Virus record (IMG/VR): IMGVR_UViG_3300022413_000013
Location: 1-56,908 of that record
DNA length: 56,908 nucleotides
Strand: one strand, 5' to 3'
Origin: a virus
Lineage: Duplodnaviria; Caudoviricetes
Within the stretch, counting starts at the first letter, position 1; the number at the start of each line of letters is the position of its first letter. Of the stretch, positions 35,226 to 43,403 are shown piece after piece. The position numbers and the translations under genes are program-made. A model generated the notes under the pieces. That model was not told the DNA's origin. It did not search any database and was given only the letters and a program-made list of their open reading frames with translations.

Positions 35226-35450
35226 TTGATGGCGAAAGACAACCCACGAGGCGAGGCCCGCAAAAAAGCGGGCTTCGCCACCCAGCAAGAGCTTGCCGAT
35301 TGGCTCGAATGTAGTCGCAGCAAGATCGGCAACTTTGAAGCCCTCGGCTCGGCGCATCGACCGCCGCCGCCCTGGTACGACAAAGTGATCGACGTTCTGA
35401 TCGAAAACCGCGCCCTCAAGGCCGCCAAGAAGCGAAAGCGCAAGAAATGA
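35226..35450 (+). CDS. XRE-family HTH regulator
   Basis: ARKKAGFATQQELADWLECSRSKIGNFE. Confidence 0.8.
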   Translation: MMAKDNPRGEARKKAGFATQQELADWLECSRSKIGNFEALGSAHRPPPPWYDKVIDVLIENRALKAAKKRKRKK

Positions 35451-35710
35451 TCGAGATCACCACGCTTGAACTGTTCATAATCGCCTATCATCACGCCCTC
35501 GGCGAGCCAGAACCGCCTTGGAGCGATCTTGACGACCCGCAGCACCGTAAACATGTGGACGCCGCCTTATACGCCGTTAAAATGCTTCCGCCGCGTTTCT
35601 TTTTTTCCGTGCCGGGTCATGGCGATTGCTTCGAGGTTTTGGACGACGTGAAATCCAGCCTATCGGAAGAACAGCGGTTCGCCGATAGGGAACGAGGCAA
35701 CGGAGAGTAG
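35447..35710 (+). CDS. Hypothetical protein
   Basis: ATGA coupling. Confidence 0.6.
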   Translation: MIEITTLELFIIAYHHALGEPEPPWSDLDDPQHRKHVDAALYAVKMLPPRFFFSVPGHGDCFEVLDDVKSSLSEEQRFADRERGNGE

Positions 35711-35713
35711 CCG

Positions 35714-36007
35714 ATGTATACCTTTGAACTGCCACATGGCATTGCGCCCACAAGCACCGCGCCTAAGAAAATCACCAAAATCGACGAGACCGCCGCCCAA
35801 CTCGCCGCTGCCGATCTCGCCTCACGTCTCGGCGAGCTGGTGCCGAGCTATGTCGATGTGAACGACGTCGACGCCGCATGCGAGGAAGCAATCAACTGCT
35901 ATGAATGCTTCCGAACGACACAACTTCCCGCGTTGGCCATCTTGAGTTATGCGCTTGCGGGCGCCGTTGTCGGCGGCCTGGTCGTTTACCTCGCATCCGG
36001 GGTTTGA
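35714..36007 (+). CDS. Hypothetical protein with C-terminal TM helix
   Basis: SD GGAG. Confidence 0.6.
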   Translation: MYTFELPHGIAPTSTAPKKITKIDETAAQLAAADLASRLGELVPSYVDVNDVDAACEEAINCYECFRTTQLPALAILSYALAGAVVGGLVVYLASGV

Positions 36008-36012
36008 CCGCC

Positions 36013-36234
36013 ATGGACAAGCTAGACGAGGCGACCAGGCGCCAGGCCGTCGAGACCGCCAGGCTGTTGAAACAACTCGGCGGAAAGTTCGCGGCGGCCG
36101 CGCCAGAGGTTGCGGGAATTATGGACAAAGCCGCCGGCGACGTGCTTAGAGCTTCCAAGGGAAGCTCGAGCCGATCAAAACCGCGAAAGCTGACGCTGGT
36201 CGAGCGCTCGATCGCACAAAGAGGCGCCGCGTAA
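36013..36234 (+). CDS. Hypothetical protein
   Basis: MDKLDE start; TAATG coupling to the next gene. Confidence 0.55.
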   Translation: MDKLDEATRRQAVETARLLKQLGGKFAAAAPEVAGIMDKAAGDVLRASKGSSSRSKPRKLTLVERSIAQRGAA

Positions 36235-36485
36235 TGTTCTATGGATCGGATGAACACCTAAAACACATCCGATCCACCGCGACCGCCATAACCAAGCAAG
36301 CCCTGCCCCACCTAGCATCGCCTTCGGTAGGGCATTTCGTCAAAGGCATTATCGAGGACCATCTCTTGCAACACGACTCCGTTACCATCAAAGAGCGGTC
36401 ACTCTGGTTTTACGCCGGGCTGATGTGCGTCGGCGCCGCGCTTCCTATCCTTTGCATGATCTGCGCTCAACTCTTCCTGCGTTAG
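36234..36485 (+). CDS. Hypothetical protein with C-terminal TM helix
   Basis: Last gene of the rightward block. Confidence 0.55.
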   Translation: MFYGSDEHLKHIRSTATAITKQALPHLASPSVGHFVKGIIEDHLLQHDSVTIKERSLWFYAGLMCVGAALPILCMICAQLFLR

Positions 36486-36856
36486 AACAGGGTCGGCGAA
36501 AGCCTAATTTGCCCTGTCTTCACGGTATCGGTGTCTCCAGCCGCGTCGGTTATCCTGACCTCGTAATAGTAATCCCCGGCGACGAGCGCGCCGGAGTCCG
36601 CCGCGTCGATCGTAACTGTGATGATGCCCCCGTTCGCATCGGTAACGATGACCCCCGATCCGAGCGTCTTCTCGAACTTGGTCGCGGCGTTCGGCGATCC
36701 CGGCGGAAGATCCTTCACCCGGAATGTTGCGAACGTCGCGCCGTTTAGGTCTTTGACGCTTCCCGACCCGTCGGTAATTGTGATCGCATACCGACGAGTC
36801 GAGCCAAGAACCCAAACGTCGCTTGACGTGAAGCCGAGGTTGGTTGCAACAGTCAT
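36482..36856 (-). CDS. BppU-like Ig-fold virion adaptor
   Basis: DLNGA...GIITVTI...GDYYYEVRIT motif. Confidence 0.7.
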   Translation of the reverse strand: MTVATNLGFTSSDVWVLGSTRRYAITITDGSGSVKDLNGATFATFRVKDLPPGSPNAATKFEKTLGSGVIVTDANGGIITVTIDAADSGALVAGDYYYEVRITDAAGDTDTVKTGQIRLSPTLF

Positions 36857-37281
36857 TACGACTGCGGAAGCGTGAAGGTCCAAGAAGTCAACTGTACTTC
36901 CTGGCCAGACGTGATCGAAGTATTATCGATTTCGAAGTCGCCGCCGCCGCCGGTGGCTGTAACCGTGCCTGTCCATAAGACGACGGAATTGCTATCGACC
37001 ACAGCGCCATAGCCCGCCGTTCCAGTCGCCGCCGCCGCCGCATCGGTTTTAGGCATACTCAAGGCCGTAGCCACTGCCCCCGAACCCGCCGCCGCCGCGG
37101 CGCCGAACGCCGGATCGGACATGGTGAACTCGGCGAGGAGCGTGCCGGAAACCGCCGCGTTTAGCGCCGGCTGCGCGCCGGTATAAATGCGGACAAGGCC
37201 CGCCCCGGCGCCATCTTCGAGCTTGTCGACCATGGCATTAGCGCCCGCTTCAACGGTCGCGTCATAGATTCGCAAAGTCAT
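36856..37281 (-). CDS. Small beta-rich virion fibre subunit
   Basis: RIYTGAQP...TLLAEF...ATGTAG...GTVT pattern common in phage structural fibre modules. Confidence 0.65.
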   Translation of the reverse strand: MTLRIYDATVEAGANAMVDKLEDGAGAGLVRIYTGAQPALNAAVSGTLLAEFTMSDPAFGAAAAAGSGAVATALSMPKTDAAAAATGTAGYGAVVDSNSVVLWTGTVTATGGGGDFEIDNTSITSGQEVQLTSWTFTLPQS

Positions 37282-39191
37282 TAGAACGAACTCCCGTTCA
37301 GGTTTTGGTCGCTAAGAGTGCAACCGGGTATGCCTTGATCGGCCGTGAAATCGCCCCCCAATCCGATGGTTGGCAGTGTCCCGACGATCAAGACGGACGA
37401 CTGAGTCGCAAGGAAAGCCGCATGAGCGGCCGTCGCTTTGGCGATCAGCTTCGCGTTCGCTTGCTGGGTTGGAAGGAATGCAGACTGAGCAGCATTCGAC
37501 TTCAGGATGGCCTTCAGGGGCGCGCTCTGTGTCGCCAGGAAGGCGGCATGGTCGGCGACGATGCCAGGCGCCACGACGGTAAGGGCGGCGCTCTGCGTGG
37601 CAAGGAAGGCGCTTTGCGCCGATGTGACCTTCGCGACCAGCTTCAACGCGGCCGACTGAGTGGCCAGTAAAGCGGTTTGTGCGGTCGTCGCTTTGACGAT
37701 CGCTTTCGCCGTCGCCGCCTGTGTCGCCAGGAACGCGTCTTGCGCGGCGGTAATCGTCCGCGTGGTCGACGCCGAAAGCGCGGCGCTTTGCGTGGCCAGG
37801 AAAGCGTCTTGCGCTGCGGTAATGTCGATCAGATTGGCAAGAGCCGCCGATTGCGTAGCCAAAAAGGCGGTCTGATCGGCGGTCGCTTTGATGATGGTGG
37901 CAAAGGTTGCCGCTTGCGTAGCAAGGAAGGCGTCTTGCGCGGCCGTGATCGCGGCGATATTGCCAAGCGTGGCGGCCTGGGTGGCTAAAAAGCCGTCCTG
38001 TGCCGCCGTAGCTTTGACAATAAGCTTGACCGGGGCCGCCTGCGTTCCGAGGAAAGCGTCTTGAGCGACGGCGATATCATTGCGAACCGTCAGCGCCGCA
38101 GCCTGCGTGGGTAAAAACGCGTCCTGGTCGGCGGTAATGGTGCGCTCGCGAACGAGCGTTGCCGATTGCGTTGCTAGGAAAGCATCCTGATCAGCGGTAA
38201 TAGAGCGATCCGGTCCAGCCGCCACGAATTCGTACGCGCCGATCGACGGCGTCGCCGGCCGCGTTGTCCCGGCAATATCAATCGTCGCATCAACGCGGCT
38301 GTCCGGCTTCGACCCGCTCCGATCCGTGCCCGCTTGATAGAGCGCGGAACTAGCATCTTTGATCGTGTAATCAAATGTTGCTGGGGCTGTCCAGGCATCA
38401 GTTATTACGATACTATTGACGGCATTAGTTCCGAACACACCTCCAGAAGTATCATCCGCCGCGTTATGTGATCCGTTATTAGTGTGAGTTCCGCTATCTT
38501 GAACGTATTCAGTCGCGCTGTTTCCTGAATCGGCGCAAACGCAATTATAAATATTGGTGGTTACGGTTAAACCCGTGTCTTTTGGTATGCGGAAATTGCC
38601 GCGATTCTCGTCTTGAGATGCCTGAGCTGACGTTACAAATTCAGCATTACATGTGCCGTTAGCGCCATCCCAATGTATATTTGCGCGAGCATAGTTAAAA
38701 ATAACAGTGTTATAAACTGTCAGCGATGGCGATCCTGTCGCTACCGTAAAAAATCCGTCTTTGTCTCGGTCCGTGTCGCCTCTATAATTGCCGTCAAGAA
38801 TACAGCGCTCGACTAATAGGTCAGTAATACCGCTATTAATGCGGAATGATTCATTTGATATGCCCGTACCGATGCCAACACGAAGCTTTTCAAAGCGAAC
38901 GAAGTTTTCAGAGCAAGTAAAAGTGTGATTGTTTCCGCTTGCCTGTACTTTCGCCCCAGTAGTTGTATCTCCACCATGATAAGCGGCGTCTATTGCCGTA
39001 ATCCAAAGGTAATTTGCAATTGTTGGTGTGCCGGTGCTGCCACCTGCTGTTATAGTTTCGGTATATGTAGCATTATTCTGAATTTCGACTTTGAAAAAAC
39101 CCGTCGAGACGTCTGACGCGTCAATCGCGGCCTGCACCGTCGTATAATCAGCACCGCCGCCAGAATTGACTGTAACAGTGGTGTCAGCCAT
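37281..39191 (-). CDS. Fibre/adhesin with beta-helix N-domain and 13 internal ~21-aa repeats
   Basis: DYTTVQAAI start, pectin-lyase-like body, DIAG-x-x-R...SIGAYE closure, then Q-x-AFLATQ-x-A repeats. Confidence 0.75.
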   Translation of the reverse strand: MADTTVTVNSGGGADYTTVQAAIDASDVSTGFFKVEIQNNATYTETITAGGSTGTPTIANYLWITAIDAAYHGGDTTTGAKVQASGNNHTFTCSENFVRFEKLRVGIGTGISNESFRINSGITDLLVERCILDGNYRGDTDRDKDGFFTVATGSPSLTVYNTVIFNYARANIHWDGANGTCNAEFVTSAQASQDENRGNFRIPKDTGLTVTTNIYNCVCADSGNSATEYVQDSGTHTNNGSHNAADDTSGGVFGTNAVNSIVITDAWTAPATFDYTIKDASSALYQAGTDRSGSKPDSRVDATIDIAGTTRPATPSIGAYEFVAAGPDRSITADQDAFLATQSATLVRERTITADQDAFLPTQAAALTVRNDIAVAQDAFLGTQAAPVKLIVKATAAQDGFLATQAATLGNIAAITAAQDAFLATQAATFATIIKATADQTAFLATQSAALANLIDITAAQDAFLATQSAALSASTTRTITAAQDAFLATQAATAKAIVKATTAQTALLATQSAALKLVAKVTSAQSAFLATQSAALTVVAPGIVADHAAFLATQSAPLKAILKSNAAQSAFLPTQQANAKLIAKATAAHAAFLATQSSVLIVGTLPTIGLGGDFTADQGIPGCTLSDQNLNGSSF

Positions 39192-40056
39192 CGAGTCGAT
39201 CTTCGATATTGGCTAAAAGCTGAGCCGGCGTCACCTCCATATAGCCGCCAGCGGCGATGACTTGATCGACCGAGGAGTCGGTGAATTTGTAACGTCGTGT
39301 CGCTAGGCGAATTTCTAATGCTTCGGCGACGTCATCGCGGATCGCGGCAAACATACCATCGCCAATAAGAGGCCCGCGAGGCGTCGGATCATGTGCGGGA
39401 TCACCGCGCCATACGCAATAATCGATGGTATTTTGCGCGTTGTTCTGCCGGCGAATTTCCGCCAGTTCGCCGACGAAATTAGCGACTGCAGCATCTTGAT
39501 TCGCGAACACGTCGCCATAATCCAGACGAATTTCATGCTCGCCGGTCGTTTCATTGTAGGATCGTTCGGTGAACACCAGGCCCGTTAGATCACGCCCCCA
39601 AAAGCGCCGCGACGTTGCAAGGCCAAAAATGGTAAAATCGCCCGCCGCGCTGTTTGGCGTGAACGCCATATTGCTGACGTTCCAGTTGCTCAAAAATGTC
39701 TCGGCTTGCGCTTGCGTGATGCCGCCATGCCCGTCTGATGTGCGGACATTGGTTGCCGATACCGTGCCGCGCCATTGGTCGGTGGAGACGTCGAGGGATT
39801 GCCGGGAAAAGCTGGGCTCGTTCTGCCATGGCTGCAAATAGGGTAGAGCCTGCGCTTCGGTGACATCGGAGCGCACAACTATGAAGTCGGGCGGCACCTG
39901 CTTTCCCGAGAGATGCCTAGACGGCACTTCCGCGCCAGCGAAGGCATAGCCCGTCACCGCCCCCTTTCGGTTGGAAACGGTCATGGACTCGTCTTCGGTC
40001 AGAGTGCCGTCACCGACCGGCTTGTTGACGCCTCGGATGATGAAATCGATTGCCAT
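39184..40056 (-). CDS. Hypothetical (probable virion) protein
   Basis: 290 aa, overlaps the fibre gene start. Confidence 0.7.
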   Translation of the reverse strand: MAIDFIIRGVNKPVGDGTLTEDESMTVSNRKGAVTGYAFAGAEVPSRHLSGKQVPPDFIVVRSDVTEAQALPYLQPWQNEPSFSRQSLDVSTDQWRGTVSATNVRTSDGHGGITQAQAETFLSNWNVSNMAFTPNSAAGDFTIFGLATSRRFWGRDLTGLVFTERSYNETTGEHEIRLDYGDVFANQDAAVANFVGELAEIRRQNNAQNTIDYCVWRGDPAHDPTPRGPLIGDGMFAAIRDDVAEALEIRLATRRYKFTDSSVDQVIAAGGYMEVTPAQLLANIEDRLDG

Positions 40057-40060
40057 GGCG

Positions 40061-40306
40061 TCAAAGCCCCGCGCCGGCGGACAACTCGCCGAGGTCGCCC
40101 TCGTCGGCCGCGAGCGCCTTACGCCTGTCCAACTCGCGAGTGATGTCCGTTTGAAGCGCCTCGCTTTCCATCGTCATGACCGCCCGTAGCTTTCGCTTCA
40201 TGTCGAGCGGCACCAGGTCGAGCGCGCCCTCGGCTTGCGCCTCGTGATAGACTTCGAGCGCGGCGATTGCGGCGTTGACGACGCTTGCGGCGAGCATTGG
40301 ATTCAC
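40061..40306 (-). CDS. Hypothetical protein
   Basis: GTGA-coupled to the lipoprotein gene. Confidence 0.55.
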   Translation of the reverse strand: MNPMLAASVVNAAIAALEVYHEAQAEGALDLVPLDMKRKLRAVMTMESEALQTDITRELDRRKALAADEGDLGELSAGAGL

Positions 40307-40590
40307 GGCAAGCGCCCCAGCATTGCGCGCAACTCGGCGGTTAGATCGGAGATCTCAAGCGTGCAAAGTGCCGTGCCGTCGATGTCGATTTCGGCGAGGC
40401 GGACAAGATCAGGCGTCGGCAGTTCCCTCAAGCGAGCGCGTAGGTCGCGCTCGACTTCGAGGAATTCGGCGCACTGGTCGACGAGGTTGGCATCGCTCGC
40501 GACCTTAAGGCCCTGGCGGACCTGTTCGGGCGCGCAAGATGTCAGCATCGCGAGGGCGGCGAACACTGCGAAGGCGTTAAGCCGGATCAT
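40303..40590 (-). CDS. Lipoprotein (possible spanin component)
   Basis: MIRLNAFAVFAALAMLTS-C lipobox; follows the holin. Confidence 0.6.
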   Translation of the reverse strand: MIRLNAFAVFAALAMLTSCAPEQVRQGLKVASDANLVDQCAEFLEVERDLRARLRELPTPDLVRLAEIDIDGTALCTLEISDLTAELRAMLGRLP

Positions 40591-40741
40591 TCGGAACCGC
40601 CCAAACCAGAATTGAAACGATGAAAGCGGTAATAGGCGCGACCAGCTCAATAGAGTCGGGCGGAAAGATGACTCCGAACTCTTCCAGAGAAATAATTAAA
40701 ACGCCGACTAAAGAAGCGACCAGTTTTCTATAACGTCTCAT
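40577..40741 (-). CDS. Holin-like two-TM protein (54 aa)
   Basis: MRRYRKLVASLVGVLII...AFIVSILVWAVPNDPA; SD GAGGAGG; upstream TTTACT-N17-TATAAC; not in the ORF track. Confidence 0.65.
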   Translation of the reverse strand: MRRYRKLVASLVGVLIISLEEFGVIFPPDSIELVAPITAFIVSILVWAVPNDPA

Positions 40742-40831
40742 GCATTGACCCTCCTCAAATTGGTTATATGTTCGAGAAAGAGCGAAGTAAACGAGAGCAC
40801 TTTTGCTTAATTTTTATTCAAGGGGAAACGG

Positions 40832-40957
40832 TTGTGCGACCCGCTTTGGAGTTTATTCTTTATCGCCGCCGGTTTCGTCTTGGCGCTCTTGATGGTGCTT
40901 GCGCTGCGATATATCGAGCGGCCGACTAGGTGCCCGAATTGCGGCACCTTCACTTAA
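40832..40957 (+). CDS. 41-aa TM peptide
   Basis: TTG start after AAGGGG: MCDPLWSLFFIAAGFVLALLMVLALRY...CPNCG. Confidence 0.4.
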   Translation: MCDPLWSLFFIAAGFVLALLMVLALRYIERPTRCPNCGTFT

Positions 40958-41400
40958 AAGCGGATCACTACAGCGCGCTTGAACGCGACCCGGCTTGGCG
41001 CTGGCCGCACTTCACGCCGTACGAAATGCGTTGCCAAGGAACCGAGAAAGTCAAAGTCGGCTTCGTGTTCATGGATCGCTTGCAGGCCATACGAAAAGCC
41101 TATGGCCGGCCGCTCAGTGTCTTTTCGGGCTATCGGTCGCCCGAATGGAATTTGGCTGTCACCAAACGGAAATCACGGACGGGCGCCCATACGCACGGAC
41201 GCGCCGTCGATCTATGGCCGGCCGGCGGCGTCGAAGACGTGCCGCTGATCCTTAATCTCGCATGGACGCACGGTATGACAAGATGCGGGTTGATGCTCAG
41301 TCGCCCCGAACAGCGCTTTCACCTCGACGACATGACCGCCTCGGAAGGCTTCGCAGTGCGTGAAGACAGCCGCGGCCTGTTCTGTTGGACCTACCCCTAA
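40930..41400 (+). CDS. Endolysin, peptidase M15 family
   Basis: F-x-x-x-E-x-x-C, SGYRS, GAH-x-x-GRAVD, FHLD zinc motifs. Confidence 0.85.
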   Translation: MPELRHLHLKADHYSALERDPAWRWPHFTPYEMRCQGTEKVKVGFVFMDRLQAIRKAYGRPLSVFSGYRSPEWNLAVTKRKSRTGAHTHGRAVDLWPAGGVEDVPLILNLAWTHGMTRCGLMLSRPEQRFHLDDMTASEGFAVREDSRGLFCWTYP

Positions 41401-41417
41401 CCCTTGAAAGGCCCCCC

Positions 41418-42335
41418 ATGCCTGAGACCGTCGCACAAGCAACCCGCCGCCTTGCGGACTCAATCACCAGCCTAGTCGACGATGTCGTCGACGAACGTCT
41501 AGGCGACACGCCGAACCCCGATCCGAAACCGTCTGGTCCGTTCACGATTTTCGAAGACATCCGATATCGCAACGGCCCGAACCTTCGATCTGAATTCGGA
41601 ATGCTGCCGATCAAGCTTCACTACGAGGCTGCATTTTTCGACGATAAGAAACGCCAAGGCGCATACGAGAACGGCGCCGGCGCCTATCCTTTGCCGAGCT
41701 TGTCGCGTGTCGCCAGCGTCGCCGCCAGGTCGCCGCAAATCAGTTGCGTGGACATCGAACGGTATTGGAACAGCCCACAGAACAACGGCGACGAGGAAAT
41801 CGACGACCGCGCCATCGACGCCTATGAGGCCGTGCTCGAAGCCTACGACGACGCGCTGCCACGAGGCCACAAATTCGGCTTGTATAGCACGATGCCGATT
41901 CGCTCTTATTGGCCGATCATTAACGGGAACTCGTGGACTCACGACGACGCCCTATGGAAGCGCAGCAACGCCAAGCTGAAGCCGCTCGGCGAGCTGGTCG
42001 ACATGACCTTTCCCTCGATTTACACATTTTACACGGATAGCGCAGAAGATCAGCGCCGCTGGGTAAAATACGCCGCCGCGCAAATCACCGAAGCCAAGCG
42101 GATCGCGCCCGGCAAGCCCTGCTATCCGTTCCTATGGCCGACGTTTCATAGCGGAAGCGACGAGCACAAAGGAAAGCCGATTCCCCGGCACTATTTCCGC
42201 CTGCAGCTCGAAACGTGCCGCAAGCACGCCGACGGCGTCGTGATCTGGACGCTTGCCAAGACGAAGAACATCGACTTTCGCGATATCCCGGATTGGTGGA
42301 ACGCGGCCGAAGACTTCGCGCGGGCGACCCGATGA
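41418..42335 (+). CDS. GH56 hyaluronidase-like glycoside hydrolase
   Basis: VDIERYW (DxE), FGLY-x-x-x-P, N-x-x-L-x-x-L...FPSIY, ADGVVIW in TIM-barrel order. Confidence 0.65.
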   Translation: MPETVAQATRRLADSITSLVDDVVDERLGDTPNPDPKPSGPFTIFEDIRYRNGPNLRSEFGMLPIKLHYEAAFFDDKKRQGAYENGAGAYPLPSLSRVASVAARSPQISCVDIERYWNSPQNNGDEEIDDRAIDAYEAVLEAYDDALPRGHKFGLYSTMPIRSYWPIINGNSWTHDDALWKRSNAKLKPLGELVDMTFPSIYTFYTDSAEDQRRWVKYAAAQITEAKRIAPGKPCYPFLWPTFHSGSDEHKGKPIPRHYFRLQLETCRKHADGVVIWTLAKTKNIDFRDIPDWWNAAEDFARATR

Positions 42336-42462
42336 AGACACTCACGCGCCGAAAGCTCTTCTTATACGGAATGCTGGCCGCGTTCGCCCTCGCATTGATC
42401 GCCGTCGGCTTTGCCACGTCGTTCATGCTCTGGGACTTCGCGCATACCATGGCGCACACGCG

Positions 42463-42825
42463 CTAGTATTCGCGGAACTCTGCATAGCCGGCCTCGACCA
42501 TCAACGCATTCAGGTCGACGCCGTCTTTGTAGAGCGTGCCGAGCCATCGCCCGAACTTGCCGGTTTTGTCTCGGTGCGACTTGATCACAATGCTAGAGCC
42601 GGCCGGAAGCCTCGACCGTAGCCAGTTGCGCGCGGCTATCCCGTCGTGACGTTCGGCGCCGCGGACTTCCGGCGCGTTGATACCGTACAGCCTCACTTTG
42701 TGGCCATGCCGCGAGATGCCGAAACCGAGATCGACGGTCAACGTAACCGTGTCGCCGTCATAGACACTTTCGACGGTCGCATCGTACACATAGCGGTGCG
42801 CGCCCTCGTTTAACTCGCGCAGCAT
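42463..42825 (-). CDS. Thermonuclease (SNase-like)
   Basis: VYDGDT, RLYGINAPE, GKFGRWLG, N-x-x-MV-x-x-GYA. Confidence 0.9.
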   Translation of the reverse strand: MLRELNEGAHRYVYDATVESVYDGDTVTLTVDLGFGISRHGHKVRLYGINAPEVRGAERHDGIAARNWLRSRLPAGSSIVIKSHRDKTGKFGRWLGTLYKDGVDLNALMVEAGYAEFREY

Positions 42826-42829
42826 CTCG

Positions 42830-43207
42830 CTACTCGCCGGCCTCGATGCTATCGATTTTCCTCTCGATCGCCCTCACCTCGCCTTTTTTGACCCTGATTA
42901 GCGAATCAAGGTGACGACTGTCGCCCCCCATTAACCGCTCGGCTTCAAGGCCTTGAATTTCCTCGATCAAGAAAGATTGCTTTTGGCGAAGAACGATCAC
43001 GGTCAAACTGTTGTGCTTTTGTTCGAGGCCCGCGATCCGCTCGAAAGCTGGCTTTACCTCTTGCACGACATAGGAGGTTGTCGCCGGCACAGGCCACCCT
43101 AGCGTGATCCACGCGGCGCTTGCGGTTGCGGCCATGACAATCATTCCGACTCCTGATTTTGCCCAAAAGAGCAAACGCTCTTGGGTAATTGGGTGTTCTT
43201 CATCCAT
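42830..43207 (-). CDS. Membrane-anchored coiled-coil protein
   Basis: N-terminal TM helix then coiled coil. Confidence 0.65.
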   Translation of the reverse strand: MDEEHPITQERLLFWAKSGVGMIVMAATASAAWITLGWPVPATTSYVVQEVKPAFERIAGLEQKHNSLTVIVLRQKQSFLIEEIQGLEAERLMGGDSRHLDSLIRVKKGEVRAIERKIDSIEAGE

Positions 43208-43403
43208 TTGCGCCCTATCCAGCAGAATCCCGCCGCGACTTGCGGGAATCTTAGTCGAATTGGCAGTAATAAGAAAGCATAGCTAACTATTAATTATTAT
43301 TAGGACTTGGTAACTATTATTCAACGACAATGATATACTTAACAACACTACATGATTTCGTTAGTCTCCGCGAAGTATTCTTTCATGCAGCGGAGCGGCC
43401 AAC

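Noticed and set aside
37395-38205. Diversity-generating retroelement template/variable repeats
   Set aside because: No reverse transcriptase in the genome, and the repeats are conserved at protein level rather than varying at adenines
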